DNA of 64,000 bases, taken from Raillietiella orientalis. Lineage: Eukaryota. Position numbers and translations under genes: made by a program. Below, one piece after another: positions 11,291 through 28,500 of the stretch; the first letter of the stretch is position 1; every line of letters starts with the position of its first letter. The notes beneath the pieces are model-generated. The model made no database searches, was not told the origin of the DNA, and saw only the letters and a program-made list of their open reading frames with translations. Where the stretch lies: contig JAYWIR010000004.1 in the NCBI GenBank assembly GCA_036172245.1, positions 5,456,001 through 5,520,000 on the forward strand, written 5' to 3'.

Positions 11291-14200
11291 GCTGACCATT
11301 CCCCTGCTCGACCTAGTAACGCAGTCATCAGGCCTCTCGAATTGTTTGCATACACAAATAAGTGTATACAAGTGCGTGTGGATGATTCCAAAAGATGTGT
11401 TTTCATGTCAACGATGAACGCTCAAGGGATGGCAATATCTGTGTTTTATGGAAAGTTTGAACCGATCGATCAACCGATTTGCAAAGGTTTGAGTCGAAAA
11501 CGCGAGGGATTCTTCATGTTGACGATCTCTCCCGATCACAAATACAATTCCTTGCCCACGGATATTTCAGAGTCAACGTCGACAGGGTTTCAGAGATGAA
11601 ATACAACAGAAAAAATATCCTACTCGTAGGAATAAAAACTGTTAGCTTCAATCCACTTACTAAGTTCGAGATACTGTCTCTTCCTCGGCGTGCTCATTCT
11701 CTGTCAGATCATATGGCACCATTGAACAGGAAGTGAATTTCCCTGATTTCGAAAAGGGATCTTGAATCATTTTTTAATCACCTTTTTTGATGAAAGATTA
11801 TTTTTTTGAAGTGGAAAAGTAGAATCGGGATATTCTTGCTTGCAAGGAAAGTTCGAAAGGAAATACCTAATTAACCAAATTTCCTTCGCAAACTGAAATT
11901 TAAGATGGAGCGAAATGGAAGAAAAATAATTTCATGTATGAATTGATGAAGCGCACGTATTTGAAAGCTGAAAGAAGGTTATTTAATGGCAAGCGGATTA
12001 CGTTCGAGCAGTTAAGCACATCTTACGGCAATCTTTCTTCTTCTTCCTCTTCTTCTTCTTCTTTAGATGTGGAGAAAACACCTGGAATTTCGAAAAGGCG
12101 CGCAAGTCTTGATGAAAATGGAATCACAGCATCCGGTTCAGGTACACGATCTGATCCCAATGTGAGCATGGAGATGCTTGCCTGCACATCCTCTCCTCGA
12201 GAAAAAAAAAAAAAAAAAAAGTGCTAACAAAAGCATGTGCAATCCACTTTTGCGTGTTTCCTCCGTCCCAACGATCATTCGGAGTTTCTCGAGTTAATAT
12301 CAATCTGAAGATTACGTGTGAGCAAAAGCATGGAGCAATCCCCTTTTCAGCGAAATCTGGATTTTTCAACCCATTCATCTCATCAAAACCTCATCAGCGC
12401 TTTCTTAGTACGGCAACAAGTAAACAGCTTTCCCGGACTCTTGCAGCCCCAATTTGATCAAAACGATCGAAGAGTGCAAATCTTGAATCTCGAAAGCGAC
12501 AAACGAAAAACAAAAGAACGGAAACCTCCGCACAGATGTGACGAGAGTGACGCAGAAAGCGAACCCGGCAGACATGAAATCCTCCTCAAACCAAATCTGA
12601 AGTGGTGTGAATTCGGAACTCGATGAGGAATGAATTGAAGGGCAACACCGTACCACGGTTTCCACGAGCGGAATGGAAGGAAGCTGGGCTGACGACCGGG
12701 TCAGTCGTCCGGATTCCCGCCTGAAGTGCTGGGAGAACGACCAGCATCCTCCGCAGGAGAGCGCCGGCCACGAGCGTTTCCATGCTTGTGCTGCTGGATT
12801 GCAGAAAGCTGGTCCAACGCACCTGTCTTGCGAATTACGTGCGGTTCCAACATCAAGTTGCTCTTTTGTCGTGCGCTCGCACAGCCTTCCCTCCGCTAAT
12901 TCCGTTCCCCGTAGGGGAAATGAAGCTTATGCACTCCCTACGGGTGAGAAAATGACCTCTCTCAGCCAAACTACATGTTAAACTGGCAACATGGATTCAG
13001 CTATTCCGTTTACAAGCAAGCAGCCACGTACTCATGGCGCCGGAGCGGATGTGTGCTCTAGACTGAGATAAAACATTTCCATTGTCTTAGACTGTTTCTT
13101 ATAGATTGTAGCCCTCGACAAAAACCCATAGTGGGAGCTAAACAGGCGACTTCCTCCACTTGACGCAGAGCTGAAGACGCGCGAACAGCAGGCAGACCCG
13201 GTCCGCGTTTCCTCAATGAGCCCAATGGCTTGAGGCGGCAACCCACACTACCCGCACCGACTCACAGGAAAGCTAAATGGCGTCGTTGCGACAAATCACG
13301 TCACACGATGGCGCGGCGTTGCGTGATCTTCTGCAAACTCGTGAGGTGTCTTCGTCGTGAAACGGTTTCCCCAAGAGGAGGTGGAGCTTGCTCTGGCGCT
13401 CACGTGAGCTGTGAGTGTTTGCATTCCCGTCTCGGCTCATTTCTCAGCAAGGGAAAACATTCGGGGGACACTGAGCACTTCTTGGAGCTGACCGCTGGTC
13501 TCGCACGGCAAACAGGACACGACGGTTCGTTCCTCTCCCTCGCCGACATCGGCGCGTTCTCGACAGCAAGCACCTTCCGTAGTGAACCGCGGAGGTCTCC
13601 GAAGGTTCGTAAACCGGGAGTCAGTTATTCTTTGGCAGTGTCGCCCTCGAGAGTGCTCGAGGAGGCACCCACGCCGTGAACTCGCGGTGGTTTTCCCCAA
13701 AAGGGTTCGATCGATCGACTGCTTCCGCTCGCCTTCTTCGAAACGTTGCGTCTGTGGATCATCTGCGTCCTCGCATCGTCTTTGCATCATCTTTCCTCTT
13801 TTCAGAGTCCCCCCGGACCCGTTTCGATTGGTGGAACGAGGTAGAACTGCCTTTCTTCTCCGTGCCCACGGCGTACATCCACCAGCAAAGGGCACTCCGC
13901 GGTGCTCGAGGGAACATCTCGAGGCGTAGAGAGAGTACCGAAGCGGATCTCTGACGTCACTTCTCCAGATCCGGAAGTTCCCCGAATCTACGAAACTGCA
14001 CAGCTTCTCGCTCCCCCACCCCCGCAGTCCCTTTTCTTTTGCCGGATCCAGACATCACTAAAGGGGAGTGGGAAGACGGGTAGGAGGAAGGGGGGCTTTT
14101 CCTGCTGCCCTAGCGAACGACGACGACGCGGCCCGACCGCGGCGGCGCTACCACCCTGCCCTCCACTCGTCTTTTCGTAACCATCTCCCCTGCCTCTCCT

Positions 14201-17200
14201 TACATCCCGCGTTCCTGAAGACAAACAGCAACATGACGTCAGCTGTTTCCCTTATCAGTCGTCTCTCGTCGGTCCGACTCCGTCCAGGAGTCGCCGCTGC
14301 CTCTATGGCGATGCAAGGCGCGTGACACGCCTGTTATACATACGATGTAGGGGAGGAGGAGGAGGAATGAATGAAGGAAGAAAGGGGAAGCTCGAAAACA
14401 AAGTGTTTCTTTCGGGAACGGTGTTTGCCTTGCGGAAGAGAGGGGCTCGTCAGCTGATTCGCTCTTGCTGACGCTGATGCCATTAGGACGTCGTTTGGTC
14501 CCAGAGCCCCTCCGTGCGCAGTCCGGTCACGGAGGCGAACGCGAGGTAATGGAATCTGCCCCTTTCCTCCTCCTCCTCTCCTCTCCTCCTCCCCACCCCC
14601 TTCGCCTCGAGAGATCCCGCGAGTCGACACCAACAAACGAGACGAGGAAAAATCCGGCGGAATTCGATTAAGGACGAGGACCAGCTCTTGGAACATCACC
14701 GAGACGAGCGAGGAATCGGGAAGAACGGATGCAGCCGGAGGAGGCAACCGAGGAGCGCGGGTCCGCTGGGACAGCCAGGCAGGCGTTGGCAGCAGTTCGA
14801 AAAGTCCTCGGAGTTGCCGCCGCTGAGGCTGCTGCAGGCGGCGTCGGCCATGCCAGACTTTCCGGGTCCTCCGCGCAAGAGAACGGGGCAGCCCCCTGGA
14901 GCGAGTGGTCGACGGAGATCGGGGATCTCCGTACTGCAGTCCCCTACCCCCCCCCCCCATTCCTCCTCACGGGGCCATCGCTGACGTCACAATTCATTCT
15001 GGGACGGGGGCAAGGATCTCTCGTGAGAGCGCGAGGCGTTCCCCCGTTACGGGGGAAAGAGAAGATGGGAAGCCCCACTTTCGTAGGGGACGTCCGTGCG
15101 ATTAGAACTGGACTCCCTGGTACGCCGACCCTGGCCTGGTCTCCAGGAACATCTCTGGACGGCTGCTCCTGGTGGCCTGTCAGGTCTCCCCGGCAACCCG
15201 CGACGCCGAGGGGTAAGTCCCTTGCGGAAGCTCGCGCCATCCGGACGAGCCAACTGCTGACCATCGTCTGAGGAAACTGGGGACACCCCAAGGCGATTTC
15301 AGTGAATCGTAGGGGACCTTTTGATTGTTCTCCCGGGTTCGAAGTTCGAGTCTGCTCTACCATGACCCGCCGTGATCCCGAGATTCTTGCAGTTTCGCTC
15401 CGTCGGAGGCCCTCCCACGGCGGCAGCGATCCCCACTCCGGGAGGCAGGGAGGGGATGGGAGGGACGCGGTCTTTCGAGCCGATTCGTGCCCCGGGACAC
15501 GAGGGGAGTACCGGCACCTGGCAGCGGCTCCAAACCCGCGCTCCTTCCCCCCCCCCCCCCCTCCCCTGCTCGGCCCGCGAAGAGGGGGCAGCGGGGGACA
15601 GGCGCATCCAGCCCCATGAGGTCCTTGCTCCTTGCTTCCAGAACACTTGAGATAGGGAGAATCGAACCCGCGAAGACGCCCCAAGGAGCAGGTCGACTCC
15701 ACGGCAAGAACTGGAGGGGAACCCCGAAGCTCCGTGACCCTTGGAAGAACCCCGGAGGGCCTGTTTTCAATTCAGCCTCCTTGACCTGGGCAGTAGATCT
15801 CCAACGCGCGCAAGCACCATGCCGGCGATCCACGACGCTCCCTCTTCCCTCTTCCCCATTCTCGGAGTCGATCCTTCTCGAAGCATTCGAACCAGCAGCG
15901 CTCGGTGCCGCCAGCGTGAGTCTCTCTCGGCCCACATCTCTCCTACAGCGTGCTGTAACCAAAAAGGGAAGACCCATACGTTCGTCCGCTCGGGGAGCGC
16001 CCGCCTGGTACAGCGCAGTCACCTTACCCAAGCATGCTGCGCGCGTCGGGTGAAGCGCACGCGCGCCTGGGTAGGTGACTCGGCGCACGCGCGCACCCCA
16101 GCGCGAGAAACGACACGGGAGACTTGCAAAACCGAGGTGGAACGGATTTCACTCCGAGGGTCTTCCCGGCCCACGAGAGGCGGATTCCTCCCCTCCCTCC
16201 CTTGCAGCGCCTCCTTCCAGGACAGGAGGATGAGGAGAATCATCTCCGGGGAAGAAAGGAGGGAAAGGCTGATCTCTCCGGTTCCTCTTCACTTCTCAAA
16301 GGCCGTTCCAGGATGGGCGACACACCCGGTCTCAGACTCCTCCCCCGACGAGCCCCCCGAGTTCGGAAGTGGAAGCAATGCGGCGCTGCACTGTGGAGGG
16401 GAGGGGGAACGGAGGTCCAGGGCTCCTCGAACTCGGGTGATTCCTTCGGACGCCCCACCTTCTCTTGCCCGCCGCCTTCCCTCGCGCAGCACCCGTCGCT
16501 GTCCATCCCGCTCGTGGAATGCCGCTGAGGGGCAGCGAACAGGAAGGGGAGAAAAGCCGCCCAAGGTGCTTTCCGTCCGGTGGGTGAATCACCCCCGCTG
16601 TCCAATCAGCGGGCTCCCTTCCCGGCGGAGGGGAACGTGCCCGCTCACTTCTTCTGATGTTTACTCTCCCGCGGGCAGATTAGCCGGGTGCGCGTCAGGT
16701 GTCCCCGCGGAACGCCGCGCCTCACGTCGCGCTGGGATATCTGCCGGCTGACCTCGGAGATCACGCGCGCGCGGGGCACACGCGTGACCGGCCGCGGCTG
16801 TCGCCGAGGCGACGCGGCGTCGCTGGCGGGGAGAAAGGAGGGCGGGCGAAATCCGAGTTCGAGGACGCCGTTCCAGCTAGCGGCCCCGGGCTCCCTCTCC
16901 CCCGGGAAGCATCCTCCGCGCGCCGCTGCTGCGCTCGCGGCGCGCATGGTGTCTCCGGAGATTCTCCTTGCGTTCTTCCGAGCGCGTCCGAGCGAACGTA
17001 GGATGGTCGACCCACGATAGCTTTTCCTTCCTTCCTCGGGGCAAACTCCCTGGGAATTCACGGAACTGCGGCGCTTTTCCTCTACTACAAGAGCTCGCCC
17101 TCCTTCCTGCCACTCGTATGCATCGGCTTTCACGCCTTCGAGACGCCAGCGCCTCCGCAGACCTCATCGCCTTCCCTGAAGTCCCCAGATGGCATTCTCC

Positions 17201-17449
17201 ATCCCGTCCGATGAAGAGCACCATCCAAGTGGGAAGAAGTCCAGTGTTGGTTCCAGAGTTCTGGAGTGGCGCGGCGCGCAGGGCAGCACGGCTCAGAGTC
17301 GTCGCAGCCGTTGGGCTCGCCTCTCAGGCAATTGGTCCGTTCGCGGGAGCCGCCCGTGGGTCCGTCGCGGTAAGCGGGACTGGCTGCAGCGGGAACGGAG
17401 CAAGCGTTGCGTCTGATGCGACGCTGGTCGGACCCCATGGAAGGTGTCG

Positions 17450-19000
17450 GTTGCCATGGAAAGCGGGACGGCGACCACAGAAGCTTTCCACCTGGTTCTG
17501 CCGGGGCACTTATTCCTGGAAGGCAATAAGATCAAGTCAAGAACCTTGCACTGGGGGAATCCCCGTTAAGAGGAGCAGCCAGGATGTTTCGAGATGGACC
17601 AGGAACTTCTGGTTCGCCTCCACCGCTTCCCTCCGCAGACATTTCCGAGAGCCGAACCGCGGAGCAAGCGAGGTTCCGACAAGGATCCCGGTGAGCTGCT
17701 TCCGGTGGACTTCCGGTCAGCTGGAATCCCTCCTCCCCTTCCTCTTTCCTTAGTCCGAGTCCCTCTAGGGAGTAGGAGGGAAGCTCCACTCCGAATTCTT
17801 GTCATGAAAAAACCGTCCCTGCAGATGGGAAGGTGCGTGGACTCCAAGTGAGAGCGAAAGAATGGTCAGCTGCAAGAAGTGAAGGAGGAAGAGGGGAGGG
17901 GAGGGGGCTGAAGGCAGCGTGTCCTGACGGGCCTGAGGAAGGCAGTGCCGCAGCGGCATCTGCGCCAAATGGAAACCAAACCAAGCTCTCCTCTACGAAG
18001 AACCGATCCTAAGAGAGGACCCGTGCAAGAGGGAAGGGGCAGTTCTGGTCTCTCTGCCTGAAGCCAGTGCTCCGAGTAGCAAAGCTCCTTGCCTTGGAAA
18101 CGGTTTCTTCCAGAGGAGATAAGAATGCTCTCTATCCTGTGGAGGCAGTTTCGCGAGCAGAGTCCCCATCTACAACGGGACTCGCGAGACCAAGCGACCA
18201 ACCGACTCACGGGTTAGGAAACCTTCGTCTCCCTTTTCTCTCTCGGAGGTTTTTGAAAAGAAATTCGCCCTCTCCTTCCGCATCCAACGCGTTGGTGTCC
18301 TTCTGAACCAAAAACAGCTCCAGAATTCTGAGTTCGGAGGAAAGCGATAAAGCAAAGAGACTGTTCGGGAGGGGGGGGAGTCAATGGGGGATACTGTGAA
18401 TGGATGCAATCGCTCCCCGCGTTTGAGGACTGCCGTCGACGCTCGTCATTGAATGTCTTGCTGTGAGGAATCACCTCAGCTTGCTATGCAAGTAGGCAGG
18501 CGAGGTCCGTCTCCACGGAGAAAACAGGAAGGGAAAACGGGAGGAAAAGTTTTGCTGGGGATAGGATCGCATTTCTCTGGGAGACTTTCGTCTTCTGCAT
18601 CCTGTCCAGTGGGGGCCATCTCGAGGAGGTTCTCAGGAAGACTGTCGAGGTGGATGGCGTGCCTTCAATTTCGGTCTCTCCCTCCGACGCTCTACGCTGC
18701 CACGGTCCTGCGGAGACAGCAGAGGCTGCAAGGGACGCGGCTGGCGGCATTGCGGCACGCTCGAAGAGGCGTCTGAAAATGTCCCTGGGGCCGCCCGCCG
18801 GGATTCCTAGGGTCGTCGAGAGGCGATCCAAAAGCGAACGGAGGGCAGCACAGTCTAGCAGAAGGTGCGGGAGAGCCTTCTTCTCCCCACACTTGTTCCA
18901 TTCCGCACTCGCCCTCTCCCTAGGTCCAGTGGTGAAGGCGTGCCTTGTATGGGGGACCGTGTAGGTCGGCAGGGACTCGCCCAGGCGAGAAACCGGCTGC
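17450..19000 (+). mobile_element. Highly decayed L1/Tx1-like reverse transcriptase remnant
   Basis: Degenerate RT motifs in the expected order: EDCRRRSSLNVLL*GITSACYASR at ~18425 (cf. WRPISLLNxDYKI..K..ANRL), then LKMSLGPPAGIPRVV and SRRCGRAFFSPHLFHSALALSLGPV at ~18850-18940 (cf. RGVRQGCPLSPLLF.LALEP). Boundaries are approximate. Confidence 0.4.
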
Positions 19001-21662
19001 GAGAGTGAGCGGCGCCCAGACGTCGAGCTGACTGCTATCGAAGGGCCGTTCCTGCCCTTCGGCGCGTTCCGTCATCGGAGGGCGGCGGGTCCCTCAGCTT
19101 CCGGGGGGCGAAAGGAGCGCCACGGACGCGCGCCTGCGCGGTGCCTCTATCAGCTCGCGTAATTGTAGCCGATATTCCACGAGGACGTCCGGTGTCGTCC
19201 CGTGCGAGCAGTCCCAGGGTCGATCCGAAGTCTTCTCGTGGGGCTTCGTTGTTGCGCCCGAGACAAGAGCAGAAAAGCTTCGATGCGCACATGGGGTTTC
19301 TGGTTGTCCACGGTGTGGTCCGGGACTGTGCCGACCCTGGCGGGAGACAGATACGTGGAAGCCCCCATCTAGGTCTCCGCGTCCCTCCGTTGCATACCTC
19401 AGGCGCTTTGGCCAGCATTTCGCCAAGCGAACAGCAGCCTTCCTGGAGTCGGTGGGGATGTCCAGCCCTGTTTTCTCCCATGACGTGGTTCCGAGACAGG
19501 CTCCCGGATGGCGCGGCGCCTGGCGGAACGTTCTGGACCCCCCCCTTCCTTTCCCTTCTATGGGACCGAAGCACTCCAAACCTCTCGCGCGCGAAAGCCT
19601 CCCCTCTCGGACGGGAACCGTCGGGTGCAGCCGACCCAACTAACCCAGGAGGCCACGGGGTAGTGCGAAAACCGTCCAATGGAGAGGGACCTTCGGCAAG
19701 AGGCAGCGCTGTCCCACGGGACTCCTGGAGCGAAGCGGCCAAAGCCGGGCGGGGGGAGGAGGAGGTTCCGTGAAGGGAAGCGTTGCAGCATCCTCGCTCC
19801 CGTCTCTCTGAGGAGTCTTTGCGGCTAGCAGAGGGTCCCAGGAGAGGTCATCGCGCGCTGCTCCTGGCATCCGTCCAGCCGAACGGCCTTTTCCACTCGT
19901 GGGCGGGAAGGGGTCCGAGCTCTTTCCCTGGGAGTAGGGGCGGTGCTGTAGGTGATCCTCGACAGAGGAATCTACGAAGACAGAAGGGCAGAGGTAGGTC
20001 CAGAGTGATAGGGGAGGAAGCTCTCTCCGCACCTACCGGTGCGTCCATCGGGGGAAGGAAGGGGGGGGCGCCCTGATTCGCTCCTACCGATCCGCTCTCC
20101 CCTGCAGGACCGGGGGGAGGCACACGCGCACTCTCGGCAAGGATTGACCTCCCTCCCCTGGTCCTCCGCGTCTGGAACGCCTCTGGCAACTGGAAACATT
20201 TCGATGAAGGATGACCTCTGGACCACGCGCACCTCCACTTGGGAAGGCTCTGAGGTGGCTCCGCCCCGGAAGGAGGAGTCCTCCTCAGCTTCCGCGGAAG
20301 TTTCGGCCTCCACGGCCACTTCCACGCCTCTGGAGGCCAGAGATGACCTTGACCCGACTCGAGCCGTGTGGCCATCTCTTGGACGGAGTCCAAAGCTGCT
20401 GCTGGGGGGCGTCCAGTCATGCTAACCAGCGCGAAGGACGCTGCCGCCCCCGGTTGCGTGGCTCCAGGAACCCTCACTCCCCCCTGAAGCTGGGAGTGTG
20501 CCTGGGGACGGGTCACGGAGAACCCTCCTTCCCACGAGGGCGTCGTGTCCTTGGACGCGAAAACCTCCGTCCTGACAAGGGGCACTGACGAGCTGTTGCC
20601 CCCGCCTCGACCCCTCCGACCCGAGTGCGCCTTTCCGAGAGCCTCGGAGGCCAGGGTCTCGCCCTCACCACACGGAGCCTTCTCGCTTCTTCTGCCGTCC
20701 GCAGGAGGCCTCGGCAGCTTCCGTGGCCACGAGAAGCGAGCCGCCGAGAGTGTGGGGCCGGCTCTCCTCCCTCAAGGGGTCCGAGTGACGGTTCCCTTCA
20801 GGAAGGGTCGCTCTCGGGCTCTCCAGAGGATGGGAGAGCCTCCTCCGGGAAGCGGGAGGCGACCAGGAGAGACGGCGTCCAGACCGCATCTCCCCACTAC
20901 GCCCACCCGACGGGCTCCAGAATCCTTCCCATCTTCCTCGGCGCCACCTTCCGCGGTGGCTCCCCCAGGTTTCCCAGAAGCGCCCCGCCGGCAGCCGAGA
21001 GGCAGCGACTCGACCGTCTCGAGAGGGCGGCCGGGGACGTGGCGTGACCGTGCGCCGAACCGAGAGTGACTCTCCGACATGCCCAGCTCGGAAGCGCCGC
21101 CGGCTCCTCCACCCCATCCCCCACTGCGCCACCACGGGTCGCCCCTCTTCGTGCGGAAGGCAGTCCTTTCCGAAGGCAGCTGCCCCTAGCCTCCCCGTCC
21201 TCGAACCGCGGACTCCCGTCTCCGTGGAAACGGGGGAATGCGAAGGGGAGGGGAGGAGGGAAGACGAGAGTCGCCCGCCGCGGTTTCCCGAGAACTCCCT
21301 CCTCCTTCTCCTCCTACCCTCCCGGCGGCGAACGCGGCGCTCGCGGCCATGACAACGGCGGATCGTCCCACCTCCGGCGGCTGAGTTCCTTCGGGAAGGT
21401 AAGGAAGGAGGGGCAGAGTACCGAGACCTCCGGGCCAGGAGCGCATCCCGAGACCTCGTTGCCCGGGAGCCGGGAGAACCGTCCGGAAGCGGGCGGGGGG
21501 AGGAAGCAAGGGGGGAGGGGGGGCAGGGCAGAGCAAGGAGGAGGTGGCGCTTGGGACGGGGGCAGGAAGGGGCGGTGGAGGGCGGTGGGCTACACGACCG
21601 AGACGGCCGCCGTGCGCGCGCGTCGGCGAGCGGGACGTGCTCGGGCGGGCTATCCCGGCGGA

Positions 21663-21700
21663 CCAATGGCCTCTCGGCTCTGCGCGGCAAGCCCCGCCCC
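21663..21700 (+). promoter_or_regulatory. Candidate Mnx proximal promoter: CCAAT box and GC box
   Basis: CCAAT at 21663-21667 and GCCCCGCCCC at 21691-21700, ~75-110 bp upstream of the ATG at 21775. Confidence 0.4.
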
Positions 21701-21774
21701 CGCCCTCTCGGAGGGCGTCGACGGGAGAGGCGCTCCCCGCCGGCCGCCCAGTGTGCTCGCGCCAGCGGTGCCGC

Positions 21775-25125
<3,351 letters not shown>

Positions 25126-26499
25126 GAGACCCCGGGAGCTTAGATTTTAGAATAAAAAAAAAGGGGGGGGAAAGGAAAGAGAAGGGAAGGACTAAAATGG
25201 AGAGGGAGGAAAATGGGGGGGAAGGCGGCGTGCTCCGGAGGAACCGGCAGCGGTGCATCCCTCCCTGGTCGCCGCCTCAAGAGCTCGTGAAATTCCCGGA
25301 ACTCCCGGGACCTCGAACAGCCGCCCTTCGGAGCAAAGAGGGAGGGAAGGAGGGAGGCGACCGCCGCGGCAGCGGCAGACGTTACCACTGTCATGGCGGC
25401 GTCTGCGGCGCCATGACAGTAGAACGCGGTGACTCCAGGCTCCCCCGTTCCTCCTTCCCTTCGTCCTTTCGAACCGCTTCGCGCCTCCTGGAAGAGTTCC
25501 CTCTACCTTCCGGACCCGGAGGAAGCCGGGAGCAAAATTAAGGGCAGATGGCTGCCACCGCACTCCTGAACCATCCCTCACCTCCTCAGCGCCCACGCCT
25601 CTCCCTCACACCGCCGCCTGCCACCGTCGAGCCTCCCCTGGTCTGCAGCCATTGTCTCGGACACTCCTTCCTACCGGGCACCCTCACTTCGTTCCCACCA
25701 CCCCGAGTTGCGCTCAAACAGCCGAAAAATCCCGGAGTACCTCACGATACCGGCCCTCCTTCTCTCAGTCAAGGGGCTGGATGGCTTCCCTTTCCCCAAA
25801 AAACCGACCTACTCGAGCCCTACTCGGATTTCCTACCCCCTACCCCCATCTTGCCGCTTTTTTCTCCCGTCGTCCGTTCCTCCCCTTTCCCCTCCGTCAC
25901 TCTCTTCCGAAATGTCCACATCTCCGAGTGGCTTCAAGAACGGCTGTTGCCGCAAAGACCATGCGCTTGCTAGGGAGTCAGAAGGGAAAGGAGGGTTGGA
26001 TTTCCCTGGGACGCGAAATGGGAATGAGGTCGGGAAGGACGTGCGCCACCGGCTGCCTACTTATCCCTGAGGGCGTGTCGCCACCCCAGTCCTTCCTGGA
26101 GCGGTCAGGAGTTTCCCTGGCGTCAGACCCCAGGCCGAATGGACCACCTATACGCGTGGGACTCCATTCCCCCCAGGATAGGTCCACGATTGCGCGGAGT
26201 GGGGATCGTAGGGGAAGCTTGTGGGTTCCCGTCTCGTTCCTGCGACTCCCGTCCGCGCGTTGCTGCTTCATTCCCCCCCCCCCTCCCCTTCCCCTTCCCC
26301 CAAGGAAACGAGCGTTCCTCCCTTTACTTTTCGCCACCATCATCGTGCGCCCTCGAAATTAAAAATAGCTCATCTTCTCTACCCGCCCGTTGCACCTGAG
26401 ATTGTTGTCATGGTGACTCTGTGACCTGGACCCGGAAGAGTCGCCTCCCCTCTTTCCCGATCCGTTCTCCTTCCCGAGAAGCTGGAACGACGACTGCTG

Positions 26500-28500
26500 T
26501 CTGAGGCACCCAGGTAAAGGGTGGAGGCGGTGGTCAACGGCTACGACCTGCGCGTGTCACGAGACGGGGAGAATGAAGACCGTCGGGCGTTTCCTCCTTC
26601 GCTGCCTCCGGAGCTACCTGCGCGGGCAAAGAGGGCACCTGTGGATGGGAAGGAGAACTCGGGGCGAGGGGAGGGAGCGTAGGGTGCGCTCAGTCGCGAA
26701 GGAGGAGGGGAGAGAAGGGGGAAGCAGGTGCCGAGCTCGGATATCCCCGGCGCGCGCGCCTCGAGGAGCGAAGGAGGCGGGGGCAAGGCAGGGGACGTCG
26801 CCTAGAGGCGCCTGCCCTGTCCGATCCCCTCAGGGAGAGTGTTTTCTGCGTGGAGGTGGTGCACCTGGGTCAGGGACACCGACAGCACCTCCCGCCGACC
26901 ACTGCCTCCTCGGATGGCTCGGGGCCATGTGGGAAGAGCCCTCCTCTCTTCCTCCTCTTTGGGGGTGGTCGCCCCCTGTTAGTGGTGCACTTCTCACCAA
27001 AGGGGAACCGCATACCACCTATCCAGGCCCGTAGAACCATCGACTGCCTCCTACCCTTTCAGATGGGGATCGCGGGGAAGACGGGGGGAAAGGGACCCGG
27101 AAGGAAGGCGGGCGGATGGCCGCAGGACGAGCGCATCCCCTCACAGCGGGCCCGGAGCCAAAGGTTTCATCCATCGGAATCTCCAGGCACATCATCTCTT
27201 CCAGATCGGTGAGCTGCGACGGGAAGGGGAGTTGGACCGGAGCATCCAGGAGACGGGCTCGCAGCCCAGCAGCGCCAGTCCGGCGGGTAAGCTCGTGAGA
27301 GAGTAGTCTGGATGGCGAGCCACGGTGGCACTGGAAGTTCCCTGTGGGGACCCCAGATTTGCTGTTCCCTAGTCGATTCGCCCGGGTTCAGGAGCGCCGA
27401 GGACACCCAAAAGGGTAAGGGAACTTCGGGACACGTGCTACTGCTTTCCCGCCCGAGCCTCGGGGCGTGCATTCGTCGTGTGGCGACTGCGCCTGGGTGC
27501 AAGGGGTCGAGCGGACGTCTCGTCTTCTTCCTTCCCTCCCGCCCCATCAAGGCGATTTCTGAGGGGAGAGCAGGAAGCGCGACGGCGCGGACGTCACTTC
27601 GACAGGAGCGTGAAGAGATGGAAGTGGACGGAACGCGGAAGGTGCGCACCTCGTGATGTGAGAGCCCTTCACGCGTCTAGATGAGAATCCCGGATGCTCC
27701 CTTGGAAAAAAATCCTGCTCACCAGCAAGAAGATCAGGAAATCCTGAAGAACCCGGGGCGGGGAGTAAAGGGCTATGCAGGATTCGTGCTTTTCTGATTC
27801 CTTCCGCGAGCGTGAATTTTTCTTTCCCTTATGGCGGAACATGAATTGCTCCGGACGCGCCCAGAGTTCTGGCGCTTCCCTTCACGAGGGCGGGTCCGAC
27901 CAGTTGCCGGCATTCAGGGAAAGCGGATTCGCGCCCTTTCTTCCCTTCATTTTCCTTTCACCCGTGAGGAAGTCGCGGAAGAATTCGTTCTCTCCGGAGG
28001 TTTTCAGCGCGTTGTTTCCCGGAAGCGAATGCTTTGAGGGAGTTATTCAAGTGGCAAATGAAAGACGGCCAGGACAGGGAGTTCAGACCTCCGATAGAAT
28101 GGACCAGGACAGACAGAACCAGATCCGAATGGTAGGTGCACCCGACGCCACAGGATTTCTTGGGGGAATGAGAGAAGCAACGACTGTCTCCATAGCAAGG
28201 GCAGGAGAGCGGACCTTGTCAGCTGCCCTCCGCGAGTTGATCAATCACCCTTCCACAATTCTTCTGGATTTTGTCAGGAACAACAGGAACGGTCACCCCT
28301 GCACATTCTTGAAGGGAAGACCACGTGGTAGAGATGCGATTGGCCGGGAGCCGCAAAAGTGCGCGAACCCTCACTGCCAAAAGTAAAATGCGGTGGATGA
28401 GAATGATGTGGGCGGACCGTAGCACGGACCTCCTCCATCGACGGGTTCTCGAGAAAAAGTCTCGCTGCTCTCTGAACAGAGAGCTCCACCGTAGCCTCGG
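26500..28500 (+). mobile_element. Possible very decayed L1/Tx1-like ORF2 remnant
   Basis: Scattered degenerate motifs in plausible order (RTRGGSKGLCRIRAF ~27750; IEWTR...VHPTPQDFLG...SGPCQL ~28090-28230) with many stops. Weak. Confidence 0.25.

Noticed and set aside
15325..15365. GGTTCGAAGTTCGAGTC tRNA B-box-like motif
   Set aside because: No A-box or cloverleaf, so it is not a tRNA.
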